Numbered from the stretch's first letter, positions 36,527-45,562 are shown. The stretch is 64,000 nt of DNA from Calditrichia bacterium (GCA_020635015.1 JACKAP010000006.1:76998-140997), one strand, 5' to 3'. The notes: generated by a model not told the origin, from the letters alone. Translations and numbers: made by a program.

Positions 36527-37903
36527 TCAGCCCTTCGCGCTTCGCCCTTTGCCATCTTTTTCCAGCCAGGGCGGCAGCGCTTCCAACTGCTGCACGTATT
36601 CGGTGTTTTCCGCCTGGCGGATGACGGCAATGCTTTTATCCTCACCGATCATCACCACATTGGGACGGAGGTGGATGAACTGCATCCATTGGGTGTTGTT
36701 GTAGGCCCCGACCGGAGAGATCACCACCTGGTCGCCTTTCTCCAGGTAGGGCATCTGGATGGTGTTGCAGATCTCATCGATCTGCATGCACAGCGGTCCG
36801 TAGATGTGATGAGCCTCCTGATTCAACTGGGCTTTATTCTCCGCCGGCAGGATGGTATGGTCGTACCAAAAGGAGGTGAACAGCAGATTGACCCCGGCGT
36901 CCAACACCAGCATGCGCATGCCGCTGTTCATGCGCTTGGTGGCGACCACCTGGGCGATCAGGAAGGCCGACTCATCCACCAGCCCCCGCCCGGTCTCCAG
37001 GAAGAGGGTGGGCAACTGCGCTGCCGGGAAGGCGTTGAGCAGCTCCGCGGTGATCGCCTCGGCATACTGGTCGAAGGAGGGGATGGTCTGGTAGGCCGCC
37101 GGGTAGATCGACGCCTTGAGCTTGTTGTGCGAGGCGAAGCCGCCTCCGATATCGATATAGCGGATCTTGATGCTCTCTGCCTGCTGGATCTGCTGAACAA
37201 AGCCGATCAGCTTGCGCACCTGTTCGCGGTAAACCTCGGCGTTGAGCACAAAGGTGCCGATATGGGAATGGATCCCCACCAGGCGCAGCCACTTGCTGGC
37301 GGCGATCCTCCGTGCCGCCTCGAAGGCCTGCCCGCTCTCCATGTTGAGGCCAAATCGATCCCACGACTGCAAAGTAGAGAGGTTCATATTGACCCGCATG
37401 CCGATCTCGACTTCCCGGCCGAGGTCCTCGGCAATCTGTTCGATCTCGTAAATTTCATCGAAGCTGTCGATGTTGATCATCGCTCCATCCTGAACCGCGA
37501 TTTGCAGTCCGCGAGGCGACTTGTACGGTCCGTTGAAGATGATCCGGTTGCCGGGATTGCCCATCTTGCGGGCCAGTTCATATTCCCATTCCGAGACCAC
37601 CTCCGCCCAGGCGCCGAGCTGGTGATAGCTCCGGCATACCGCCTGCAGATAGTTGGTCTTGTAGCTCCAGGCGAAATGTACTTTGGGATATCGTTTAGAG
37701 AAAGCCCGGTAGGCATTCTGGAAGATCTCCTTCAGCCGCGGGTAGGAATAGACAAAGAGCGGGGAGCCGTAGGCGGCGGTCAACTCGCTGACCGGGATGC
37801 CTTCGATATTGTCCTGAAAGCCGCTGGTCTGCGGTGTGCCGAATTTGCTGGTAATGCCCATTTGCCGCCGCGATATCGCCGGTTTTTGATAGGTCTTTTT
37901 CAT
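36527..37903 (-). CDS. PLP-dependent decarboxylase, Orn/DAP/Arg decarboxylase family (fold type III)
   Basis: PLP-lysine context HFAWSYKTNY. IDIGGGFAS, FLETGRGLV and GPLCMQIDE motifs. 458 aa. Confidence 0.85.
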   Translation of the reverse strand: MKKTYQKPAISRRQMGITSKFGTPQTSGFQDNIEGIPVSELTAAYGSPLFVYSYPRLKEIFQNAYRAFSKRYPKVHFAWSYKTNYLQAVCRSYHQLGAWAEVVSEWEYELARKMGNPGNRIIFNGPYKSPRGLQIAVQDGAMINIDSFDEIYEIEQIAEDLGREVEIGMRVNMNLSTLQSWDRFGLNMESGQAFEAARRIAASKWLRLVGIHSHIGTFVLNAEVYREQVRKLIGFVQQIQQAESIKIRYIDIGGGFASHNKLKASIYPAAYQTIPSFDQYAEAITAELLNAFPAAQLPTLFLETGRGLVDESAFLIAQVVATKRMNSGMRMLVLDAGVNLLFTSFWYDHTILPAENKAQLNQEAHHIYGPLCMQIDEICNTIQMPYLEKGDQVVISPVGAYNNTQWMQFIHLRPNVVMIGEDKSIAVIRQAENTEYVQQLEALPPWLEKDGKGRSAKG

Positions 37904-38994
37904 GATGTCGGTCCTTCATCGGTTGAATGTTGCACAGGATTCGTCTCCGGATAATGGATCTCACCCCGGGAGAGCAGGCTGTCCAGCTGGCTGATTTCGC
38001 CAATCAGATCGATGGTGTAATGGGTGAAGAGTTTGCCCACCTGGTAATCGTTGACCGGTTCCAATTTCCGCCCCCGGGCCAGATCAACGTAATGGGCGGG
38101 CAGGTTGATCTCTGCCGCCACTCCGAGGTAGATCCAGGCGGGAAAGCGCGGGTTGATCTCCAGGATATAGAGTTTCTGGTCGCGCCGGGCCAGCAGGGTC
38201 TCCATCTCCAGCGCGCCCCGCCAGCGAGTGGCGCTAATGAAGCGGCGGGTGAGGTCGAGTAGCTGCTCGTTGCGGATACTCACCCCCGCCCAGCCCTTGC
38301 CCTTGTCGGTGAGCAGGATCTTCTTCATGCACAGGGCGGACACAATGCCGCCGTCGCCCCCGCCCAGCGCCGCTGCATTGAATTCCTCGCCCTGGATATA
38401 TTCCTGCACCAGCAGCGGGTAGCCCCACTTGTTGGCCAGCAGGCGGGCGTAAGAGAGCGCCTGAGGCTGGTCGTGGCAAATGTAAGCGTCGTAATAGATC
38501 CCTTTGACCAGCAGCGGGAAGCCGACCTCCCGCAGCGCTGCCTCCAGATCGGCCAGATGGTGCACCGTCACAGTGCGTGGTACCGCAAAATCAAATTTAC
38601 GGCCCAGTTCCGCCAGGTTGGCTTTGGAGCGGGCCTCGATCTGCGCAGTGGTGGGGATGAACATCCGGGTCCCGCTCTCCCGCAATTCAGCTTCCAGCCC
38701 GGCAAAGTGGGCGATCTCCGAATCCAGGGTGGGGATGATGATGTCGATGGGCGTTCTCTGCCGGATCTCATCCAGGCGCTGCTGCAGCGCCTCCCGCCCT
38801 TCCCGGGGGTAGGGCAGCAGATAGCCGGCACGGAACAGCTCGCGGTCGAACAGCCCGGGATCGATGGCGTCATAGCCGAGGGCGATCAGGCGATAATCCT
38901 GCCCGCCCTGGGCCATCAGACTGCGCGCCACCGCCACACCCGGACCGGGACTCTCCACGGCGTTGACCCCGGTAATGGCTATGGTCAGACTCAT
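37900..38994 (-). CDS. ATP-grasp domain ligase
   Basis: FPLLVKG, PLLVQEYIQGEEF and LYILEINPRFPAW motifs. 4-nt overlaps with both neighbouring genes. Confidence 0.8.
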   Translation of the reverse strand: MSLTIAITGVNAVESPGPGVAVARSLMAQGGQDYRLIALGYDAIDPGLFDRELFRAGYLLPYPREGREALQQRLDEIRQRTPIDIIIPTLDSEIAHFAGLEAELRESGTRMFIPTTAQIEARSKANLAELGRKFDFAVPRTVTVHHLADLEAALREVGFPLLVKGIYYDAYICHDQPQALSYARLLANKWGYPLLVQEYIQGEEFNAAALGGGDGGIVSALCMKKILLTDKGKGWAGVSIRNEQLLDLTRRFISATRWRGALEMETLLARRDQKLYILEINPRFPAWIYLGVAAEINLPAHYVDLARGRKLEPVNDYQVGKLFTHYTIDLIGEISQLDSLLSRGEIHYPETNPVQHSTDEGPTS

Positions 38995-39269
38995 ATGCTG
39001 TTCTCCTGTGTGTCAAAACTGACCAGGCCGAGGTTGATCAGCATTGGGATGAATTCGCGGATATCCTTGTCGAGTACCCGTTCGTCCACTTCGTAAACTT
39101 CCAGCAGGCGGGTTTTGATCGCCTCGGTATCGGTGATGCCTTCTTTGAGGCACTGGATGATGTCTCGGGCAACCTCATTGGTGCTGAGGATTTCCCCGGT
39201 GCCGGGATCGAATACGAACCCGGTATCGCTGATGATGAATTGCTGTAATCTTTCCACATTGTAGCGCAT
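38991..39269 (-). CDS. PqqD family-like small protein (peptide chaperone / RRE-like)
   Basis: 92 aa. FVFDPGTGEILSTNEVARDIIQCLKEGITDTEAIKTRLLEVYEVD...DIREFIPMLINLGLV has the PqqD-family pattern. Confidence 0.65.
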   Translation of the reverse strand: MRYNVERLQQFIISDTGFVFDPGTGEILSTNEVARDIIQCLKEGITDTEAIKTRLLEVYEVDERVLDKDIREFIPMLINLGLVSFDTQENSI

Positions 39270-39287
39270 GGCGAATTCTCCTGAAGA

Positions 39288-39719
39288 TTAGGGGGATACC
39301 AGGTAAGCCCAGATATAGGCGGTCATGCCGTCGAGCTTATAGCCGAGTTTATTGCATACCGCGTCGTCTTCGGCACAGTCTTTTTTTTCCAGCTTGCGCA
39401 GCCAAACCGCGGCCTCGAAGGTGCCGTTGAGGTATTCCGGATCGACCACGATCTCCTTCACCGTCACCCCCTGTTTGATCGAAAAAGAGAGATGCTTGCC
39501 CTCTTCCAGGGTATTGGTCACATTGGGCGGGTAAAGCGAGACCCCCAGCCACATGTCCTTGCCGCTGACGTGGGCAGTGAGGGTTAGTTTGAGGGTGTTG
39601 CCGCCGTTTTTGGTGATCTCGTAGGAGAACCCGATCTGGTCGGTCTGGGCGGCCGCCCCATTTCCAAAGGCGCTGATTAACGCCAGCAGGATGATAAAAA
39701 TTAATGTGTTACGCTTCAT
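39288..39719 (-). CDS. small secreted protein, unknown function
   Basis: 143 aa. Signal peptide MKRNTLIFIILLALISAFGNGAAAQ. Two Cys near the C-terminus. Operon position supports that it is coding. Confidence 0.6.
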   Translation of the reverse strand: MKRNTLIFIILLALISAFGNGAAAQTDQIGFSYEITKNGGNTLKLTLTAHVSGKDMWLGVSLYPPNVTNTLEEGKHLSFSIKQGVTVKEIVVDPEYLNGTFEAAVWLRKLEKKDCAEDDAVCNKLGYKLDGMTAYIWAYLVSP

Positions 39720-39731
39720 AGTGATGACTCC

Positions 39732-40604
39732 TTAGAATTTATAGAACAAACCAAATGTATAGTACACAGCACTGAACTGAAATCCCTGGTCGTCATAGCG
39801 CTCATATTGGACATCCGCATAAGGCTTGAGGTGCTTGCCGAGCTGGTAGTAGGCGGTGAGCCCCAGGTTGGTGGTCAGCATCACGTCGGTGGTGTAGAGC
39901 ACCAGCGTCGAGGGGTTATAAGAAAGTACCTGTTCCCCGAAAATTCCGTAAGCAGTAAGGGTGAGTTTGCGGGGCACGGGGTACCAGGTTAGCTCCGGAT
40001 GCACGCTCCAGCCCCATTTGATATTCTGCACCGGCTGTTCATAAAACGAAAAATGCCCGGAAGCCTGCGCCCAGACATAATAGTTGAACAGGGCCATGCC
40101 CCAGGTGGCGGAGACTTCGGCTTTATCGGCCAGGTCGTTAGGAAAATAGTGCAGATTAAGATCCGCATAATAGCGCCCCGCCGGAGAAAACCAGGAAAGG
40201 GAGAGGTAGCCGGGAAAGGTCTGATCGACCGCCGGAAAAGGCGCCCACAGCGCGCTGCCCTCCAGGGCCAGGGTAAAGCTGCCGCGATGGCGAGTATAGA
40301 AGGTGCGGGCCAGGCTGACCCGCAGGTGGTCGCTGCGGGCCGGCTCGCCGTCGGTTTTGTCGACCGTGATGTCGGTATGGCGCCAGCCCAAGGCCAGCCA
40401 CCAGGTCTTGGCTCGATTGTTATAATAGATGTCGCCCCTTCCGGAGCGAAATACGTCGACCAGGCTGTTTTCGTAGATTCCGTAGACGCCTTTCGCCGCG
40501 ACCGTGAGCGAGGACTGGGCAGATGCCTTGCCGCTCAGGAACAGCGCCAGGCAGATCAGTTGTAAAACCGTAAATTGCAGTAAGCGGGTCGATAAGCGTT
40601 TCAA
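39732..40604 (-). CDS. predicted outer-membrane beta-barrel protein
   Basis: Signal peptide ending ASAQ. Alternating aromatic/polar strands. C-terminal ...YYTFGLFYKF, the terminal-Phe OMP signature. Confidence 0.6.
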   Translation of the reverse strand: MKRLSTRLLQFTVLQLICLALFLSGKASAQSSLTVAAKGVYGIYENSLVDVFRSGRGDIYYNNRAKTWWLALGWRHTDITVDKTDGEPARSDHLRVSLARTFYTRHRGSFTLALEGSALWAPFPAVDQTFPGYLSLSWFSPAGRYYADLNLHYFPNDLADKAEVSATWGMALFNYYVWAQASGHFSFYEQPVQNIKWGWSVHPELTWYPVPRKLTLTAYGIFGEQVLSYNPSTLVLYTTDVMLTTNLGLTAYYQLGKHLKPYADVQYERYDDQGFQFSAVYYTFGLFYKF

Positions 40605-40611
40605 ACCGTAT

Positions 40612-42765
40612 TCACTCCCCGGGTGTCTGTTCGTAATACTCTATTTTATCTAACTTTAATTCGACGCCATTCTCCTGGAGATAATTGAATCCTTCCCCTT
40701 TGCGGAACACCAGTTGGCGGGTGCCAGCCTTGCGCTTGAACGTAAAATGCCATCTGATAAATCCGCCTCGGATCTGCTGGGCCTGCTTGAGCAGAATGGT
40801 TTCGTCGGGCAGTTTTTCCAGGGAATTGTCGATCTCCAGGAAGCAGCGCAGGCCGAAAATGGTAAACAGGTCCAGGAAGTGCACCAGGTAACGGGGCAGG
40901 GTGTAATCCAGGGAGGTCTGGCTGGTCCAATGAAGTTTGCCCGGCGCTTCCGGAAACACCACATCGGTGAGGGTCTGGGCCAGCAGAAACAGGGCGCTGT
41001 TGCGCTTTCCCTGATACTTTTTCAGCGAGAGCACTCCTTCAGACAGGTCGAAATAGAGCCGGTCGCCGTCCTGGTTTTCCAGGCAGAGATTGTTGTAAAA
41101 ATCATTGTGCAGATGCCAGGATTCCTCAGAGCTCAACTTGCCGCTGTTCAGGATCAACTGCCATTTTTTGTAAATTTCATCGAAGAAATATTTGCTGTAG
41201 TCGGCATCATAGCGCAGGTTCTCCACCCGGTCATCTTTGTTGAGGATGCCCTTGGGAAGCAGGCGGTCGGCGGCGTTATCCTGTTTGATCAGCAGATTGG
41301 AAAATTCAAAATAAAGTGCCGGGGCGCCGATGTAATCCTGAGCCTGAAACTGCAGGTGGATATGCGGGTAGGGAGAACGGCCGGAATTGCCGCAGTGCCC
41401 GATTTTATCACCTTTACTGACGGTATCCCCTGCTTTGACGCTGATCGAATCCTTCTGCAGGTGAGCGATGCAGCTGTAGAAATAGGGGGCATGCTCGATG
41501 ATCACGCAGTTGCCCCAGTTGTCGCGGGGATTGGCCTGCCCGGGGCGGTTGTCATAGATGTCATTTTTGACCCGAACGACCGTGCCGTCGGCCGGGGCGA
41601 GCACCAGGGCGTTGTAGCAATAGTAATCGCTCAGCTTCTCCCCGCTGCCGCTGTAAATGCTGCCGCCGGTGTCGCGGATCATGAAGTCGATCCCATAAGC
41701 CCATTCGTCTTTATGGGTATATTCGCCTTTGAATGCCTGGCTCACCACCCAGTCGCTGTAAAAGGGCAGGGAGATCGCCACCCCGTAGCGCCGCCACATC
41801 TTCAGGTTTTCCCGGTAGCTGCTCAGGTTCTCCTCAGGTGATAGCGGGTGGGAACTCAATTCCAGCCCCAGCGAGGGATGGAGGCGCATCTTTAAGGCAA
41901 ATACCACCAGTAGCACCGAGAGGTTGAAAGACAGCGCAAGAGAAGAGAGATAAAACGGCATGGCGATCTCCAGCGCGATCAGGTTCATGTAAACGATAAA
42001 GATGCCGAAGATCGCCAGCAGGAGGCTGGATAGATTCGGGATCAGGAACACCCCGCCCAGCGCCAGGGCGGTGAGCATATAGTTGAAGCCAAGATATTGG
42101 CTGTGAATGAACGCTTCGCTCACCCCGAAAAATTCGTGGATGTAATACCCGCCCAGCCAGCCGATCCCGATCAGCAACAGCGAGAGGCGGGAATAAATCA
42201 GCAGCCCGGCGGCGATCAGGATGCCTGAGATCGGGTTGATGGTGAAAAAGATCGCCCCGAGGTTCTTGAAAAACAGGTTGAGGCTAAGGGGCAAGGCATG
42301 CAGGGAGACGTCAAACACCTGCCAGCGCACCTCCGAAGGGGTCAGGTAGCCGCTGCCAAAGCTGGCGATGATGGCGGTGTAGATGATCAGATTGAAGGGG
42401 AGGCTCATGTAGGGCAGCCCGTAGGCGCTCAAGAAGGTTTTGATCCACATGGTGAAGACGGTCATCAGGATCACCGCAATGATGACCAGGATGACCAGGT
42501 GGAGGGAGACATCGTAATAAAGGCTCAGGCCTAACGCCACCAGAATACCGTTGAAGCCCCATAAGCCTTGCCGTATCTCCTGGCGGCTGAATCCCAGCAG
42601 GTAGGCGACCAGGTTGGCAATCAGCGCCCCTCCCAGGCCGAAGATGCCGTGGGAGGGAATGACCAGGGTTGCCAGCAGGATAATCAATCCCAATGCCTGA
42701 TGTTGTGAAAAGAATATGAGCGAATAGCTTTTTAAGGTACTCTCTGTCCAGAATTTCGCATTCAT
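40612..42765 (-). CDS. fusion protein: urea-transporter (UT)-like polytopic membrane domain + M23/LytM domain + unknown C-terminal domain
   Basis: The N-terminal ~310 aa carry UT-family motifs (IFFSQHQALGL, QGLWGFNGILVALGL). The M23 region has GNSGRSPYPHIHLQF. The last ~220 aa have no motif I recognise. Confidence 0.8.
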   Translation of the reverse strand: MNAKFWTESTLKSYSLIFFSQHQALGLIILLATLVIPSHGIFGLGGALIANLVAYLLGFSRQEIRQGLWGFNGILVALGLSLYYDVSLHLVILVIIAVILMTVFTMWIKTFLSAYGLPYMSLPFNLIIYTAIIASFGSGYLTPSEVRWQVFDVSLHALPLSLNLFFKNLGAIFFTINPISGILIAAGLLIYSRLSLLLIGIGWLGGYYIHEFFGVSEAFIHSQYLGFNYMLTALALGGVFLIPNLSSLLLAIFGIFIVYMNLIALEIAMPFYLSSLALSFNLSVLLVVFALKMRLHPSLGLELSSHPLSPEENLSSYRENLKMWRRYGVAISLPFYSDWVVSQAFKGEYTHKDEWAYGIDFMIRDTGGSIYSGSGEKLSDYYCYNALVLAPADGTVVRVKNDIYDNRPGQANPRDNWGNCVIIEHAPYFYSCIAHLQKDSISVKAGDTVSKGDKIGHCGNSGRSPYPHIHLQFQAQDYIGAPALYFEFSNLLIKQDNAADRLLPKGILNKDDRVENLRYDADYSKYFFDEIYKKWQLILNSGKLSSEESWHLHNDFYNNLCLENQDGDRLYFDLSEGVLSLKKYQGKRNSALFLLAQTLTDVVFPEAPGKLHWTSQTSLDYTLPRYLVHFLDLFTIFGLRCFLEIDNSLEKLPDETILLKQAQQIRGGFIRWHFTFKRKAGTRQLVFRKGEGFNYLQENGVELKLDKIEYYEQTPGE

Positions 42766-42830
42766 CTCCGGCTCTCAGCTTGTGCGATCGAATAGTGAAT
42801 TGCAAACTGGCATTAATCCAACTTTATTAT

Positions 42831-42890
42831 GATGCTGGATACTGGATGCTGGATACAAGATTGGGTCGAGCATCCAGCGTCTTCGGATGT
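42831..42890. repeat. (GGATGCT/GGATACT) hairpin upstream of the six-gene operon
   Basis: gatgctggatactggatgctggatacaagattgggtcgagcatccagcgtc. Confidence 0.75.
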
Positions 42891-42965
42891 ATAGATCGTT
42901 ACCATTCGCATTGTAATATACCGGATTTAATCGCGGTACTCCATCATTGATACATTTTGTTCGCG

Positions 42966-43369
42966 GTTGATGGGTTAATGGGGAAAAGGATAAAGGATAA
43001 AGGATAAAGGATAAAGGATAAAGGTTGAAGATACTGGATACTGGATACTGGATAAAATAAAAATGCTTGTTCAGGTGTGAAAATCGGGTTCATTTAAGCA
43101 TCCAGCATCCAGCATCCAGCATCCAGCATCCAGCATCCAGCATCCAGCATCCAGCATCCAGCATCCAGCATCCAACATCCAACATCCAGCATCCAACATA
43201 TACTCATCAGACAAAGCCATCCGCAAAAACTTGCAAATTTCCTATTGACCTGACCCGATCCCTTCAACATATTTCCGCCGCAATGAAAAATCAACCCATC
43301 AACCCATCAACCCATCAACCCATCAACCCATCAACCGATCAACCCATTAACCCATCAACCCATCAACCC
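42966..43369. repeat. composite simple-repeat element (left copy): (GGATAAA)n-(GGATACT)n-unique core-(GCATCCA)n-spacer-(CAACCCAT)n
   Basis: Read directly. It ends exactly at the ATG (43370) of the S9 peptidase gene. Inverted partner at 45296-45527. Confidence 0.9.
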
Positions 43370-45295
43370 ATGAAAACATTACCCTATGGCACCTGGCCAT
43401 CACCGATTACCGCCGATCTCATCGCTGCCGCCGGGCGGCGGCTGGGCGATATCGCCGTCGATGGAGATTCGGTTTACTGGATCGAAAGTCGCCCGGAGCA
43501 GGAGGGGCGCAATACCATCATGATGTGGAACCCCGGCGGGGAGTTTCGGGAAGTTACCCCGCCGCCTTTTAATGTGCGCTCCCGGGCCCATGAATACGGC
43601 GGCGGCGCTATGGCGGTGTATGGCGGCCGGGTGTTCTTTGTGAACGATGCAGATCGCCAGATCTATCACATTCCTCCCGGCGGATCCCCGCAGGCGCTGA
43701 CCAGCGAATCCGATACCGCCTATGCCGATATGATCCTCGATCCGGCGCGCCAGCGGCTGATCCTGGTGCAGGAGCATTATTTTGATGACAGCCGCCCGCC
43801 CCGCGACATGCTGGCCGTGCTTTCCCTGCGCGGCCGCCCGGGATATTGTGAGCCGCTGGTGAGCGGGAACGATTTCTATGCCAGTCCCGCCCTGAGCCGC
43901 GACGGCCGGCAGCTTTGCTGGCTGAGCTGGGACCATCCGGCAATGCCCTGGAACGGTACTGAATTATGGGTGGCGGAGGTAGGGGATGACGGTCAACTGC
44001 GCCGCCGGCGCCGGATTGCCGGAGGCGCGCAGGAGTCGGTGTTCCAGCCGCAATGGGGTACAGACGGCACCCTGTATTTTGCTTCCGACCGCAGGGAGGG
44101 CTGGTGGAACCTCCATGCCTGGGATGGGCACACCATCCGGCCGGTGCTGGAGATGGCTGCGGAGTTCGCCTTGCCCCAGTGGGTTTTCGGAATGTCGACC
44201 TATTGTATTTTGAATGAGCGTTGTATCGCCGCTGCGTACACCCGGGAGGGGCGCTGGGAGATGGGGCTGATCGATCCGCAGCGCGGTGATCTGGAGGCCC
44301 TGGCGCTGCCCTTTAGCTATATTACCCAGGTTCGCGGCGCCGGGGAGCGGATCGCTTTTGTCGGCGCTGCGCCGGATGCAGCGGAGGCGGTTTATACCCT
44401 GGAACTGCCGTCGCAGCACCTGCAGATGTTGCGGAAATCCAGCGATCTGGAGGTGGATGCCGGCTATATTTCCACCCCGCAGGCAGTGAGTTTTGAAAGT
44501 GATGGCGAGGAGGTGCACGGCTTTTTCTATCCTCCCAGCAATCGCGATTTCAGCGCTCCGGAGGACGAAAAACCTCCGCTGATCGTATTCATTCACGGCG
44601 GTCCCACGGCGGCGGCGAACAGCGGATTGGATCTTCGCAAACAATTTTGGACCAGCCGCGGCTTTGCGGTGCTCGACGTCAACTACCGGGGCAGCACCGG
44701 CTATGGGCGGGCGTACCGGGAAAGCCTCAACGGCCGTTGGGGGGTGGCCGATGTGCAGGATTGCGTCAACGGCGCCCGGCGTCTGGCGGCGCAGCAGCAG
44801 GCGGATCCGGAAAGGCTGCTGATCCGCGGCGGCAGCGCCGGGGGATTCACCGCCCTGGCGGCGCTGACTTTTCACGATTGTTTCCGGGCCGGGGCGAGCT
44901 ATTATGGCATCAGCGATCTGGAAGCGCTGGAGCAGGAGACCCACAAGTTTGAATCGCGCTACAATCATCAATTGATCGCCCCCTATCCCGCCGGTAAGCC
45001 AGTCTACCGCGAACGCTCGCCGCTGCACCATGCCGGGGATCTGAACCGCCCGGTGATCTTCCTGCAGGGCCTGGAGGATCGGGTGGTGCCCCCCGGTCAG
45101 GCGGAAAGAATGGCCCACGCCCTGCGTAAACGCGGCGTGCCGGTGGCTTATCTTACCTTTGAGGGCGAAGGGCACGGCTTCCGCAAGCCGGAAACCATCC
45201 GCCGCGCCCTGGAAGCGGAGTTGTTCTTTTATGGAAGGGTGCTGGGATTCGAGCCCGGGGAGAAGCTTGATCCGGTGCAGATAGATAATTTGTGA
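43370..45295 (+). CDS. S9 family serine peptidase (prolyl oligopeptidase / acylaminoacyl-peptidase type)
   Basis: Beta-propeller N-terminal half. Catalytic nucleophile motif IRGGSAGGFTALAAL and C-terminal ...EGEGHGF. The ORF part upstream of 43370 is translated repeat DNA. Confidence 0.88.
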   Translation: MKTLPYGTWPSPITADLIAAAGRRLGDIAVDGDSVYWIESRPEQEGRNTIMMWNPGGEFREVTPPPFNVRSRAHEYGGGAMAVYGGRVFFVNDADRQIYHIPPGGSPQALTSESDTAYADMILDPARQRLILVQEHYFDDSRPPRDMLAVLSLRGRPGYCEPLVSGNDFYASPALSRDGRQLCWLSWDHPAMPWNGTELWVAEVGDDGQLRRRRRIAGGAQESVFQPQWGTDGTLYFASDRREGWWNLHAWDGHTIRPVLEMAAEFALPQWVFGMSTYCILNERCIAAAYTREGRWEMGLIDPQRGDLEALALPFSYITQVRGAGERIAFVGAAPDAAEAVYTLELPSQHLQMLRKSSDLEVDAGYISTPQAVSFESDGEEVHGFFYPPSNRDFSAPEDEKPPLIVFIHGGPTAAANSGLDLRKQFWTSRGFAVLDVNYRGSTGYGRAYRESLNGRWGVADVQDCVNGARRLAAQQQADPERLLIRGGSAGGFTALAALTFHDCFRAGASYYGISDLEALEQETHKFESRYNHQLIAPYPAGKPVYRERSPLHHAGDLNRPVIFLQGLEDRVVPPGQAERMAHALRKRGVPVAYLTFEGEGHGFRKPETIRRALEAELFFYGRVLGFEPGEKLDPVQIDNL

Positions 45296-45527
45296 GTGGA
45301 TGGGTGGATGGGTTGATGAGTGGATGGGTGGATGGGTTAATGGGTTGAGATGCTGGATGCTGGATGCTGGATGCTGGATGCTGGATGCTGAAATGAACCC
45401 GATTTTCGCACCCGAACAAGCATTTTTATTTTACCCAGTATCCAGCACCTTCAACCTTTATCCTTTATCCTTTATCCTTTACCCTTTATCCTTTATCCTT
45501 TATCCTTTTCCCCATTCACCCATCAAC
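45296..45527. repeat. composite simple-repeat element (right, inverted copy)
   Basis: Starts 1 nt after the S9 peptidase stop. It is the reverse complement of the left element, including the unique core (4 substitutions in ~56 nt by my count). Confidence 0.9.
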
Positions 45528-45562
45528 AAGCAATCGCAAAACCACGAAAGGTAACCGACTTA

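Noticed and set aside
43067-43369. N-terminal ORF extensions and stand-alone ORFs that translate simple repeats (HPASSIQHPASSIQ..., MLDAGCWMLDAGCW, SFILHPSSFILHP, INPSTHQPINPST; e.g. 43094..43294, 45153..45419, 49317..49982, 12079..12573, 57071..57175)
   Set aside because: They are periodic translations of heptamer/octamer DNA repeats. Better starts with an RBS and family-typical N-termini lie downstream, so they are treated as non-coding repeats.
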